Positions 51,486 through 64,000 of a stretch of DNA of 64,000 nucleotides are shown here, piece after piece. The stretch comes from the human T2T-CHM13v2.0 reference genome, Homo sapiens. The notes under the pieces were generated by a model. It was not told the DNA's origin. It did not search any database and saw only the letters and a program-made list of their open reading frames with translations. Both the position numbers and the translations under genes were made by a program. Location: the NCBI RefSeq assembly GCF_009914755.1, contig NC_060929.1; one strand, written 5' to 3'. Each line of letters opens with the position of its first letter. Within the stretch, counting starts at the first letter, position 1.

Positions 51486-53859
51486 AAAGCCACTCCTCAA
51501 GACAGTCTTCCCATGCAGTTCATGTTCCCAGGTGGGAGCATGGCAGAGGCATTGGCCAAAGTCCTCCCACCATGTGGGAGGACCATTTTAGACTTTCTTC
51601 TCAACACTGAGAAAGTGACCATACTTGCTCATCTTCAGAGTGGTGACATCGACTGTAACCATACATTCAAGGGAAGGAACAACTTGGAAAGAGCTGAGCA
51701 CTAATCAGCCCTGCACAGCTCCGGAGATAATTCCCACGGCAGCACTATGGCTACAGTGCATATTAAACGCATCCCTATTACTGAAAAGAACCTTTAAGCA
51801 TCATATGTCAATTCAGTAGGATTCACGATCTCAGAGAAGTTTCTGCATCCATTATCAGCTTTTAATCTTATCCACATCATCCCTTTTTAGGAAAAAAACA
51901 AAAACAAAAACAAACCAAACTCATGAATACTTTTCCGTAAGTCATTCTACTTCCTTCAAACGGGAAAAACTTTGGAATCGCAGAAAACATCCTTTCTGCT
52001 TGGCATGGCTCACCTCTTCCAGTCTGAGAAAGGTACCATTGTGTGACTTCAGTAAATTTGATAAACTACGAGTTTAGCAGCCTTTTATTTTTGAGAAGTG
52101 AATAGCGACTTTCTCTGTCCTCGGTGGCACCCCCCTCTCCCTAACTCTCCACATTATGCAGACTTCAAGGAGTGGAGCAGCCCTGTCAGAGGAGCCCTGA
52201 TAGGAAGGAACTCCTGAGTGGTTCAGGCACTGGCAGCGTCTTTAGTCCCTAGACAGGCACATTAGTCTGGATGTTAGCTGCGTCTCCTTAATTGGATTGC
52301 CTGCATAAATTGCAATACAGGGTGGACAAGTGATAGGAATAAATATGTTTTTCCCCTTAAAAAGAACCCAAATATGTAAACAACCCGTCATGTAGGAGAG
52401 AGTGTATGTGCATCTTATTGAAAGGGGAGAAATAATTTGGAGAGATGAGAAAAGAGCACAGGGTAAAAGCTGATATTCTTCTTTTATAACGGATAGCCCC
52501 AAGTTGTAGAGGCCATTATTTCTTGCATTTTCAGAGCAAATGAACTTGACAGATGGCCGTGTCACCCAAACCCCCACCTACCAACTTGATTATGCAGAAA
52601 ACAATACAATAGAAAAGAAATCATTACTGAAGGAACCTGGTTAGTCCGCAGAGGGCCGGGGAATGCAGAAGAACAAAATTACAGTGGTGGAATTGAACAG
52701 CAAGAATGCATTTAACACAAAGTGGGTTACAGCGAGGCAATCAGTCATGGCTAAAGCTATTGTCTGGGCTTGCTTGCATGGTATATGAAGTAATCTGTCA
52801 TCTCCCACGAAATTTATGCTTAGTTTATAGGAGAAAACTACAAAGGTTTTGCCAGGACATGTGCTGGTAGCCTTAAGTAGCTCAAGTGTGGACCAACAGA
52901 AAGGACACGTTGGACATCTCAGGACGCCTGCTGCCTTCTTTGTGGGGGCCATTATCTTATCACTGAGGTGCTCCCATCTGATGCTCACATGATTTGCTGA
53001 TGTGTTTGGGGAAGTTAAGGGCACAGATTCATTCAGCTTCAACAATGGACAGCCCGGGACGGCAGCAGCGCGGACACCAACAGCACTGGTTGGGAAGACA
53101 GAAGACCATAGTTAGAGTGGGGCTTTTCAAAACGTAGAAAAGTGTGCTGCCGTGAGTTTAGAAAGACTAACAGCCTTCCTACTTGTGGCGGTGTGTATGT
53201 GTCAGGACAGGTCGACACCAAATATATAAGCCTCACCATGTATGCAACAGGCAGCCTGGGATAGACAGTGAAATCATGTTTTCAGCTGCGCTAGGCAGTC
53301 ATACACCACATTTAAGACGGTGCTTCCACACCAGAAATGGTTTCTTGAGACTAAGTCATCTCCTCTGTTCCTTTGCTGAAAAATGACGGGGTCTTGCCTC
53401 CTTTATTTCCTGTTGTGTGGTATTCCTCCCACCTGAAAACATCTTCCCCATCCATTGCTACTTCCTGGGTGGGCCCAGCCTAAAAGGCCCAGCTCACAGG
53501 TAACTCCGGGGGCACCTGCCCTCTGCAAGGCCTGCACCCCTATTATCCCAGGACTCCATGCTTCCTGGCACTGGCTGTTTTGGTTCTATCTCAGCTCTCA
53601 TATTAGACTCCGTACTCCCGAGGCAAGTGTCTGCATCACATCCATCCATGCCAGTAGCTTTCATCTGTCTACATATTACAATCTCTCTTCATACATAGAT
53701 ATGATATACAGACATGGGTCTCTAGCTATTTAATATTAATTCTGTACTGTCTGGCACAATATCTTATATACCCACAGATCAGGGATATGGATATACAGAG
53801 TACTTAATAACTTAATATAACTAATAATCTAACTTAACGTACTATTAAATATAATCATA

Positions 53860-54166
53860 CAGGTTAAGTATTCCTTATCCAAAATGCTTGGAACCAGAAG
53901 TGTTTCCGATTTCTCATTTTTTTCAGGTTTTGGAATAGTCATATATACATAATAAGATCTCTTGGGGATGAAACCCAAGTCTAAAGACAAAATTCATTTA
54001 TGTTTTATATATACTCTATACACAGATCCTGAAGGTAATTTTATGCATTATGTTTAATAATTTTGTGAAACCTATTACATGAGGTCGAGGGTGAAATTTT
54101 ACACTTCAGTTTTGAATTTTGGAGCATCTCAGATTTCTGATTTTTGGATTAGGGATGCTCAACCTG
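53860..54166. mobile_element. TcMar-Tigger non-autonomous DNA transposon (MER46C/Tigger4-like)
   Basis: Terminal inverted repeats caggttaagtattccttatccaaaa and ttttggattagggatgctcaacctg, flanked by a TA dinucleotide on both sides. Confidence 0.88.
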
Positions 54167-54370
54167 TATAATATTAATGTAATTAAATAATATATTTAAT
54201 ATGTTATTTATATTATATAATAATATATAAATATAATTTTATATTAAAAATAAATTTATATGTATATATACTATAAATAATATTATAACATAATAATATA
54301 TTCAATATATCATTTAATATGTTAATAACAATATAGGTAATAATTTGTTGAGATTAATTAAATACAAATT
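54167..54370. repeat. AT-rich low-complexity tract
   Basis: Degenerate (TA)n/(TAA)n sequence, also present at ~53800-53858. Confidence 0.85.
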
Positions 54371-54680
54371 TGTTAAAAATTGACCCAAGGATTATATGCA
54401 GCTTTCAGAAAATTAAAACAATCTTCCAAGCTTTCACTGTATCTCTTGAATTATGCCTACTGTTTTCCGACATATTTGTAATCAGTGACTTATGTCTTTA
54501 TTTTACTTTTACTTGATGAAATGTAAGTAGTTAGCAGTGCTGTTATTTGTACCTTAGTATTACCTCAAACTAAAGAACAAGCACAGAAATGTGTCTTAGA
54601 TTATTCTAATTTCAGAAAGTCCTAGTTCAAAAATCCAATGTTGAAGCATGTATAGAAATGTATTTTCCCAGATTCACAGC

Positions 54681-54798
54681 CAAGGAGCAGAAGATAATCC
54701 CCTTTTACATACACAAGGAGCAGAGGATAGACCCCTTTTACATACACAAGGAGCAGAAGATAGACCCCTTTTACATACACAAGGAGCAGAGGATAGAT
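54681..54798. repeat. 33-bp minisatellite, ~3.5 copies
   Basis: caaggagcaga(a/g)gatagaccccttttacataca repeated. Confidence 0.95.
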
Positions 54799-55621
54799 CA
54801 CATTTACCCACAGCCGCTCATAAAGTCTCCCAGGATATCACATTTGCTGGTCATCATGAAGCTTGCAACCCCTAGAGAAGGATGTGTTCAGTTTATTTGG
54901 AATGGAAACACTGCCTGTTCTGCGGCAGAGCTCAGCACCTGCGTCTCTAAAATAGAAACAGTCACTCAAACAAGGAAGCTTTAGAGAATCAATGCTTAGA
55001 GCAGCCAGACCTGGTTTCCTACTGCCCGTGGCAAGCAGGAGTTCAGAGCTTCACCTCTAATACTCTGATGAGATCATGGATTTGTATGTCATCTGAGAAC
55101 TCAGCCCTGTTCCAGGCAGGGGCTGTTTGGGGACAGTGCTGTGGTGCTGATTTCCGAGTGGACAGCAGGTACAGTGAGAGGGCAAAATAGCAGCCACTAC
55201 TAATATGGAGCAATGGGGACTGACATCATCCAGCTTCACTTGTACCCCAATATTAACCTCAAAGCATTACATAATGCACCACCAATTAAATTTGCCCTCA
55301 ATATTATGTGGGGCAAGGTGATTGCTGATAGCCACAGGTGAGAAATATCTGGACAACAAAATATAATTTATCTCAGAAGAATATAGGTTAATTCAGGAAA
55401 TAAATTCTGCTTTCAAGTCCAGAATGTCTGTGGGATTCCCTTGAAAGTTAATAAACGGAAAATAAAGGACAATGCTTCTTAGAGTTAAGGGGCGGTGGTG
55501 TCTGTAGCTGGGATCCTCCAACTACAGCCACAGATATGGTCTCGGGGAGGTGGTTCCTTCCTCCCTAAATACCCACTGTGTCTGAGTTGTTTCTAGGAGC
55601 CCACTCTCCACGCTTCTCTTA

Positions 55622-56124
55622 GGGTAGCAGAATTATGGCCTCCCAAATATGTCCACATCGTAACCCCAGAACCTGTGAGCATGTAGACTACATACCCAAG
55701 GGAGCCGAGGCTCTCATTGGAATGCAGGTCACGGAGGAACTGGCCTCGAGGTGGCAGATCCTCCTGTGTGATCCTGCTGCATGACCTGGACAGACTCAGT
55801 GCAATCACCAGGCTGTTATAAGGAAGACAGGGACAGAAGAGAGGGTTGGGGAGAGAGTAGAAGATGCCACACTGCTGTTTGTGAAGACGGAGGAAGGAGC
55901 CACAAGCCAAGGAATGCTTGTGGCCTCTGGAAGCTGGAAGAGGTGGGGAAATGGGTTTTCCTCTGGCCCTTCCAGAAGGGAGGCAGCCCTGCTGATGCCT
56001 GGACTTCAGCCCAGTGAGACCCACTTCAGACTTCTGCCTCCAGAGCTGTAAGGTCCCAAGTCTGTGTTGTTTAAGCTGCTAACTTAGTGGTCCTTTGTTA
56101 CAGTAGAAATAAGAAACAAATACA
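55622..56124 (+). mobile_element. MLT1D-type solo LTR
   Basis: gcagaattatggcctcccaaatatgtccacatc...ggagccacaagccaaggaatgc...cagcccagtgagacccacttcagacttctg...gaaacaaataca. Confidence 0.88.
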
Positions 56125-56327
56125 TCTCCACCTGCAATCCGTTTATTTAAATTTATTTTTCAGTTTCTAGTATTTAGAATGGTGCTCAGTGCATGTGATG
56201 GACATGGTTCTTGAGGGAATGAATTCATTCTACACTATTCACGAGGAGCGGTGTTCTGACGAGACTCTGAGGTTGAAAAAGGTCATTAAGACTCAACACC
56301 TCCAGACTTAGCACAAGAATGAAAACA

Positions 56328-56612
<285 letters not shown>

Positions 56613-56754
56613 TCATGGCATCTGCCATAGGGTCTATTCCCACCACAGTGGCCCCAAAGGTTTCTCTTTCCAGGGGAGGCCATCTTACATCCCTTGACCA
56701 CGTTCCCGTGTGGGCTCTGAGTGCCACACCATTCTGCTCACACGTCTGTCTTCA

Positions 56755-57050
56755 TGTCCTTCATTCCATCAGCAAGCATTGATCTGTGTCCTGCCCTGGG
56801 CTAAGGCCATGTGTAATGTTCCTTTGAGAGTGAGGAATGTATACATACATGTTTCTATTGTTTGTAGACATGGCTCCTGCCCTGATTAAGTGTATATTCT
56901 AAATGATGACTCGGAGGATAAATGAACCACGCAGAATTCATGCTACAGAGAGTGAGAAGTGGTCAGGGATAGCCTTTTGGAAGAGGTGACACATAAGCAG
57001 AGACCTAAAGAATGAGAGGAAGGCAGGCACTCAGGGGAAGGGGGTCCTGG
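56755..57050 (-). mobile_element. L2 3' fragment
   Basis: tcattccatcagcaagcattg...agacatggctcctgccct...ggaagaggtgacacataagcagagacctaaagaatgagagga. Confidence 0.6.
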
Positions 57051-59061
57051 GCAGCCAGAGCCATTGGATGCTGGAAAGTTCAGCCCCGTGAATTGCAGGG
57101 GAGGCTGGGCCCATGAATTCAGCCCTGAAACATTGATTGAGGGGCTGCCCTCAAGGAGGCTGCATTCTAGTGGGTGGGTCGGGGAGAGAAAATTAATTAC
57201 CACACAAGTAAGCATGTACATCCCATGCCAGAGGGGAGAGGACCGCTAAATGAGAGTCACGCAGGGGCCTCCCCAAACCAGGATCCAAAGAGAGTGTGAT
57301 GTGGGCATCTCCAGAGGCCGCTCCTGGCCCTGGGAGGAGAAGAGCTCAGGAGAGGGCCCATGGCAGCCCAGCCCTGCATGAAGAGACGGAACTGTACTAT
57401 GGATGGTGGGGGTAGTGGGGCCCCTGAAGAACTGGAGGATGACCAAGAAGTAGCCCCCTCATCAGGATGATCCCCAGTCTCCAGTCCTTAGGTCAGGCTG
57501 TGCTGTGCACAGCAGCCTGTGCAGTGGTTTGAGGGGGACCTCAAAGGAAAGGGAGGGGGCCCCCTTCTCATTTCTGGCCCTTCTTGCTCACTCCCCACCA
57601 CCGTGTGATGACAGGAGCCATTCATGGAGACCTCTTGCTCTCTTTCCAGGGCTCACTGTATTTGCACAAGGCTGGCCCCTCTCCTCTCCCATGCCTGCAG
57701 CCTGGGCCCCACAAATGTGTGTGTCTCCCTGTGTTCACAGCAGGTGGGCAGAGGAGGAGCACGCCCCATTGCAGGGCGCACAGTGACATCATAAGTTCTC
57801 TTTTCCTAGTGGTATTGACTCAGGTCAATGCCTGCGAGGGCTTTGCAGAAGGGGCTCAAAGCCCCTTCCAAACCTGTCCCACAACTGTAGGTGGTAAGAG
57901 ACAAGTGGAACCAGCTGGAAAATGTGTAGCTGAACACAGTGGCAAAGGGGAGGGCACTGGGCCTGGAGTAGGGACACCAGTGCCCATGCCCACTGCCCAG
58001 ACACCCCTGACGTGTGGTTTCAGAACTTGGCCTTCTGCAGCTTCACTTCCAACTGTCACCTCTGGGGTCCTTCCTAGCATGAAGGTTCTTGGCTGCATCC
58101 TCTGCAAGCCCAGGGAGGGCTCCTGATCAGACAGAGGGGTGTAGATGGTTCAGGGCAAATTCGTCACAGCTCAGAACACGCCTTCCGCAGGACTGTGGGT
58201 CAATATTGCCATCTTCATCTACTCAGAGAAGCGCCTGCTTAGTGAGGGGCAAGGGAGAGCTCTATCAGCATAACTTTTTAAAATAGTGACATAAGTATCT
58301 ATCATTTCACTATATATGAATTTTTTAATATTTCCAATATAGACGATGCTGAATGTGGAATTTCATGAGATATGATACCAGTTAGCCTGGGGGCCTTTGA
58401 TTCCTCTAACGTTTTTTTATCAGGTTTCATCAGCTTTATTGGAAAATGGGATAGTGCCTTATTGGAAGATAGGTGGAAATTTGTCAAACACTTAGCCATG
58501 CTATCAGTCTCAAGCACAGTCTTTGCTACAGATGCAATTATTGCAGTGGGGGTTTGGATTTTGAGAGCTCCCAGGAAAGAAAATATGGGTAAACACAGTA
58601 TGAAAGCTCCTCTTACCTACGCAGCCACTCCTACTAGGACATGGGAAGACTGCGGTAAACGAGAGAGAGATGATCATGGTGCATTCAATGAACTCTGTGG
58701 CGGAATACTCAAATGTGGAACTAGCAAAAACGACAAATATTTTCATGCTGGAATTAGGAAGAGAGACTTGAATCAAGGCTGAAATTATTTCTTAAATGAC
58801 CACGTGCAAGAGTGTACTACTTTCTCCAAATGGAAGCCCTAAGAGAAGTCTAAGGGGGGAAACTGAATTTTCTAGGGTATTTCTATGCTGAGGAGTGGGG
58901 TGAGAGTGAGACAGCAGACGGCATCAGGCCAGAGTGAGGTTGCGAGAAATCCACTCCGGTTGTTGGTTTAAGGAGACTGGTCAACAGTGTCTCACACTGC
59001 AGAGGCTCGGAGAGCGTGGTCCAGAAAGTCCTCTGAGTTGATCATTAAGGGCTTTTCAGAG

Positions 59062-59248
59062 TACTAGTTCTCTATGTGGGGTTGCCACACCAGCAGCATC
59101 ACAGTTACCTGGGAATTCAGTGGAAATGCAAATTCCTAGGGGACTCACAAAAGAGCCAGTGAACAAGATACTCAGGGGTGTCTTGTTCACAGTCTGTGCA
59201 GACAAAGCCTTCCAGGGGAGCCAGATGTATGCCCTGCTTGAGGACCAG
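59062..59248. mobile_element. MER5A-like hAT-Charlie element
   Basis: accagcagcatcacagttacctgggaattcagtggaaatgcaaattc...aagccttccagggga. Confidence 0.65.
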
Positions 59249-61764
59249 GATTCTGGGATGTCGCTGCAGCAAAACAGGATAGAGGGCAGGAGACGCAGAG
59301 GGGTTCCATAAACAATGGAACAGAGAGAAGACTTTTGGTGTTAAGGAAATATCCTTCCAAGATAGGGAATGTTTGGAGACGAGGAAGACCGACTGTGAGA
59401 GGGAGGAAGTAAAGATGAGAGGGGGGTGCAGGGCACCCCACGGAAGCTGTGGAGCAGGAGCAGGTGATCAGGTGAGGACAGAAGGGAGGGGAGGATGATG
59501 CAGGAATGAAGCCTGGTTAGGTGGACAGGAGATGGAGGAGGCAATGTCTTGGTTGGCTTTTCCTCCAACCTGCCTTGGTTGTCTTTGAGAATATTATTTT
59601 CCAGATCGAATCTTCAATCTATTTGTGCACAGTCTAAGGCTTTCTCTAAGGCTTCCCTTGCATTTATGCTCAGGGAAGGTTTTGATGTATTCTTCGGTGA
59701 GCAGATTTCCTTCATGATGATGAGAAGAGGCACCTTGTGTGCCCTGTAATGGAGTTGAAGTCGGCCTCCCTGCCTCTGATGCCAGGAGGCTGGGGGCATC
59801 CCAAAGAAAGACTGGTCAGAGTATTTCATATTATTGATGACATCATCAGCATTTTGGCACCATGGAGTTTTAAAATCCCATGAAAAGCTGACCAAAGGAA
59901 TTTTAAAATATTGATTTCTTTGTAGCATAAGGGCATGATTTATTATCTTCTCCTGGGATCCTCACGGATAGGAGACGAGGCTCAGATGCTACACCCTGGA
60001 GCTGCTTCTCCTGATGAAGCATTTAATGCAGACATGGGGGAACTGGAGACACAGGTGACAAACTATCAGGAAACAATTCAGGTAGAAAATGGGAAGGGCC
60101 TATTCAAATGTCTGAAAATCTTCAGTAACCACAATAGAGCAAAAGATATAGAGCAATCACTTTAAGGAAAACATAAGTCCACTCCATTGAGAAGGCATCT
60201 TGTTCCGGTAGAGACATGTTGGTTGGGGACACTCCTAGCCCACTGTTTTCATTTCTCTGTGGAGCACCCCTGCCTGGCACAGCTGTGTGGCTACTCGTGC
60301 ATTGGAGGAAATCTGAAGCTTTACATACTTGAGTCACTGATGCAACAGAGATTTATACAGGACAGGCCCTGCACTGAGAGCACGTGAGCAACAGCAGCCG
60401 TTGTGAGATGCACCATGGTTTAACCCTACACCAGGAGCCTGGGGACCTGGAGCTTAGGGAGCTGTGCAGGACTAGGATGTTATCACAAAACTAAAATGTG
60501 TTTCCCAGGTAATTAGTACATCTCTTCAGCAAGTAAAAAATTAAATATAATAGTCAGATAAAAAGCAGAGAGGAGGAAAAAAGAAAAGAGGGAGAAAGAG
60601 GGGCTGTTTCAGGGTAGAAATGGAGGGGAGCCTGTTCTGTGGAGTTGGTGTCAGCTGCCTCATCTTTAGGGTCTCAGAGACTGTTTTGGCTCCCTTTAAG
60701 TTCTCTCCCTGCACTCACTCTGGCCTAAACTTCACATGCTGTCTAACAAACACAGGTGAACTTCTGCAAGGGCCCGCAGTGCAGGCTCCCACAGCCTGAC
60801 GCTGCTGTAGAAACTTGGAGACATTACCATGAACCCCAGTTACCCCTAAGGGCCACTCTACCTACTGTGGGCCCCTTGGGGGTCTTCCCTTGGTGAGCTA
60901 TATAGCAGTGGGGTCTGCCTGGGACCAGCAGCGTGATCCAACTGGTTCTAGTCAAACTGCAGATAGCCTTGGTGCTTGGGACAGTCCCTCTGGGAGTCAG
61001 CCCACCTCCCCGCTGGGCTCCACAGTAGCTTGTGGCTCCAGTGGAATCAAGCAATGCCACCAAGCACCTCCTCAGCATCCTGAGGCCATGCCCAGAAGGG
61101 CCATGGCCTCTTGGCAAGCCCACGGGCATGTCTGAAAGTCAGCCAAGACTCAGAATACCCAAGATGGTCCCCATGATCCTCTCCCTCCAATCAGGTCTTC
61201 TGCTGCAGATCTGTCTCTCAATGGGAGGCAGGAGCCCCCATCCTGGGACCCACCCTGGACACCTCCCTTCCCCACCCCCACACTCAAGGCTACTGGCCTG
61301 AGTCATTTCCTCTCCCAGGCTCCCCTTACACCTGTGCTTTTCTGCAGCCCTGCCCTCCCCTGATCCAATCAGCATCATATCACTTGACTCTCCCTTTGAT
61401 TTTTGGGTCCCTAGATGTGTTCCATTCTTTTGCTGTATCCAAAGTGATCTTTTTAAAATGAAAATCCAATCCCCAAGCTCTTTCCTTGAAAAATCTCAAA
61501 GTAAAGATTTCACACTGGCAGTCCGCAAGATAAATTTGTTTTGAGAACATGGTTTCTCTGGTTCACATTTTTGATTAATAGTTGAATCAGGAAACCAGCA
61601 CCCTGGCCACCCGGTCCCACATGGTGTTAGATGCTGGCTCTGAATAGTGACGGCTCCTTTAAAAGAGGTGAGCTGCCCACCCAGCCATCACCATACATGG
61701 ACACCACCTGCCAGGTGTCTACTTTCTGTTTCTATATATTTTGTCTATTCTGGAAATGTTTATT

Positions 61765-63741
61765 TCTCCTATCTACCTGTAATTAATTACATATTCTTTG
61801 ACCAAAATCTTCCCATTACTACTCCTCTTAACCACCCTAGCCTCTGGCAACATTGTTGTACTCTGTCATTCTATGAGATCAGCTTTTTTAGATTCTACAG
61901 GTCATGAGGTATTTGTCTTTCTGTGTTTGGATGATTTTATTTAACATAATGACTTCCAGGCTTATTCATATTGCTGCAAATGACGGGATTTTTTTAATGG
62001 GTGATTAGTATTTAATAGTGTGTATAAATCACAATCTTTTTATCCATTCATTTGTTTGTTTGTTATGAAACGGGGTCTCACTATGTTGCTCAGACTGGTC
62101 TGGACCTCCCAAGCTCAGGTGATCCTTCCACTTTAGACTGCTGAGTAGCTGGGACCACATCTGCATGTCACCACACCTGGCTAATTTTTAATTTTTTTTT
62201 TCTTTTTTTTGTAGAAACAGGGTCTCCCATATTTCCCAGATTGATCTCAAGCTCCTGGGCTCATGCAATTCTTTTTCCTCAGCCTCCCAAAGCATTGGGA
62301 GCCACCATTCCTGGCCCATTCATTTGTTTGTTGATGGATGCGTAGGTTGAGTTTATGTCTTGGCTATTGTGAATAAACTGCAATAAACATAGAATCTAGA
62401 TATCTCTTTGACATCCTGATTCCATTTCCTCTGGACTTATACTCAACAGTGTAATTGCTAAGCATATGGTAGTTTTACTTTTTAGTATTTTAAGAAACCT
62501 CCATACTATTTTTCATAATGGCTGTACTAATTTACATTTCCATCCGCAGTGAGTGTTCTCCTCTCTCCACATCCTCAGTGACACTCATTATATTTTGTCT
62601 TTTTGAAAACAGTGATTCTAACAGGTGTGAAGTGATATTTCATTGCAATTTCCATTTGCATTTTCCAGATGATTAGTCATGTCGAACATTTTTCATATAT
62701 ATTTTGGCCATTTTTATGTGTTATTTGGGAAAAAAATCTATTCAGTTATTTTGCACATTTTTAATAGGGTTATTTGTTTTCTTGCTATTGAGTTTGTATT
62801 TTGGATATTAAGTCCTTGTCAGATGTATGTTTAAAAATATTTTCTTACATTCTGTAGGTTGTCTTTCCACTCTGTTGATTGTTTCCTTTGCTGTGCAAAA
62901 GCTCTTTAATTCGATGTAATTCCATTTGTCCATTTCTGCTTTTGTTGCCTGTGCTTTTGATGTCTTATCCCAAAAAAAGTTGCCCATACCAATGTTATGA
63001 AGCACTTTCCCTCTGTTTTCTTTTAGTACTTTCATAGTTTTGAGTCTTAAGTATTTAATTCATTTTGAGCTTATTTTTGTATATGGTGAGAAACAGGGTC
63101 AAATTTAAGTCTTCTGTATGTGAATATCTAGTTTTTCCAACTTCATTTATTGAAAAATATTGTTCTTTCCCCAGTGTGTGTCCTTGGCTTGTCAAAAATC
63201 AGCCAACTGTAAATTCATGAATTTATTTCTGGGCTTTCTATTCTGTCCCCTTGCCCTATATGTTGTTTTTTTTATGACAGTGTCACGTTGCTTTGGTTAC
63301 TAGAGCCTTATAGTATGTCTTGAAATCAGGTAGTGTGGTGCCTTTAGCTTTGTTTTGTTGTTATTGTTTTTGTTCAAGATGGTTTTGGCTATTCAGGGTC
63401 TTTTATGGTTTCATATAAATTTTAGAATCTTTTTTTTCTATTTCTGTGAATAATGTCATTGGTATTTTGACAGAGATTGCATTGAATCTGTAAATTGCTT
63501 TGGGCAGTTTGGTCATTTTAACAATATGAATTCTTCTAATCCATGAACATGAGACATTTTTTCATTTATTTGTGTCTTCTTCAATTTCTTTCATCAGTGT
63601 TTTATGGTTTTTATTGTGGAAATCATGCACCTCTTTGGTTAAATCTATTCTTAGGCATTTAATATTTTGTAATTAGTATAAATGGTATTGTTTTCTTTAG
63701 TTTTTACATATTTTGCTATGAACATATAAAAACACTACTGA
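61765..63741 (-). mobile_element. L1MA-type LINE-1 (3' UTR and ORF2 end), interrupted by an AluJ
   Basis: L1MA 3' sequence tagcctctggcaac...ctatgagatcagcttttttagattc. The ORF2-like peptide KAQATKAEMDKWNYIELKSFCTAKETINRV lies at 62808-63035. Confidence 0.9.
62061..62316 (-). mobile_element. AluJ nested in L1MA
   Basis: Diverged Alu. TSD cattcatttgtttgtt at 62045-62060 and 62317-62332. Confidence 0.85.

Positions 63742-64000
<259 letters not shown>

Noticed and set aside
55743-55757. CTCF-like motif cctcgaggtggcag
   Set aside because: It is an imperfect match inside an MLT1D LTR and cannot be supported without ChIP data.
59159-59190. Hairpin gtgaacaagatac-tcaggg-gtgtcttgttcac as a terminator or miRNA
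   Set aside because: It is too short for a pre-miRNA and lies at the centre of a naturally palindromic MER5-like element.
61510-61700. Possible MER102-like hAT fragment (also a MER5-like trace at ~23290-23420)
   Set aside because: The similarity is too weak to call by eye.

Overview
This is human-like (primate) genomic DNA, non-coding, and of intergenic or deep-intronic character. An Alu carrying AluYa5-lineage diagnostic bases points to human. I can support no protein-coding exon, RNA gene or CRISPR array. All long ORFs come from simple repeats, Alu/L1 fragments or chance GC-rich sequence. The window contains nine Alus or Alu fragments, a 5'-inverted young L1PA, older L1MC/L1MA/L1ME/L2/MIR relics, several MaLR/ERVL solo LTRs (MLT1, MLT2), and Tigger and MER5 DNA transposons. 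It also holds a ~5.3 kb TG-rich compound minisatellite with higher-order structure and many small tandem duplications. The most notable structure that standard annotation would miss is a set of local copy events. Two inverted copies of unique flanking DNA (96 bp and ~310 bp) each disrupt a transposon ~0.7-0.9 kb to the left of their apparent donor, and a ~190 bp direct duplication also occurs. I found no convincing new gene system. Subfamily names are from memory of consensus sequences and need RepeatMasker confirmation. Identities were counted by eye.
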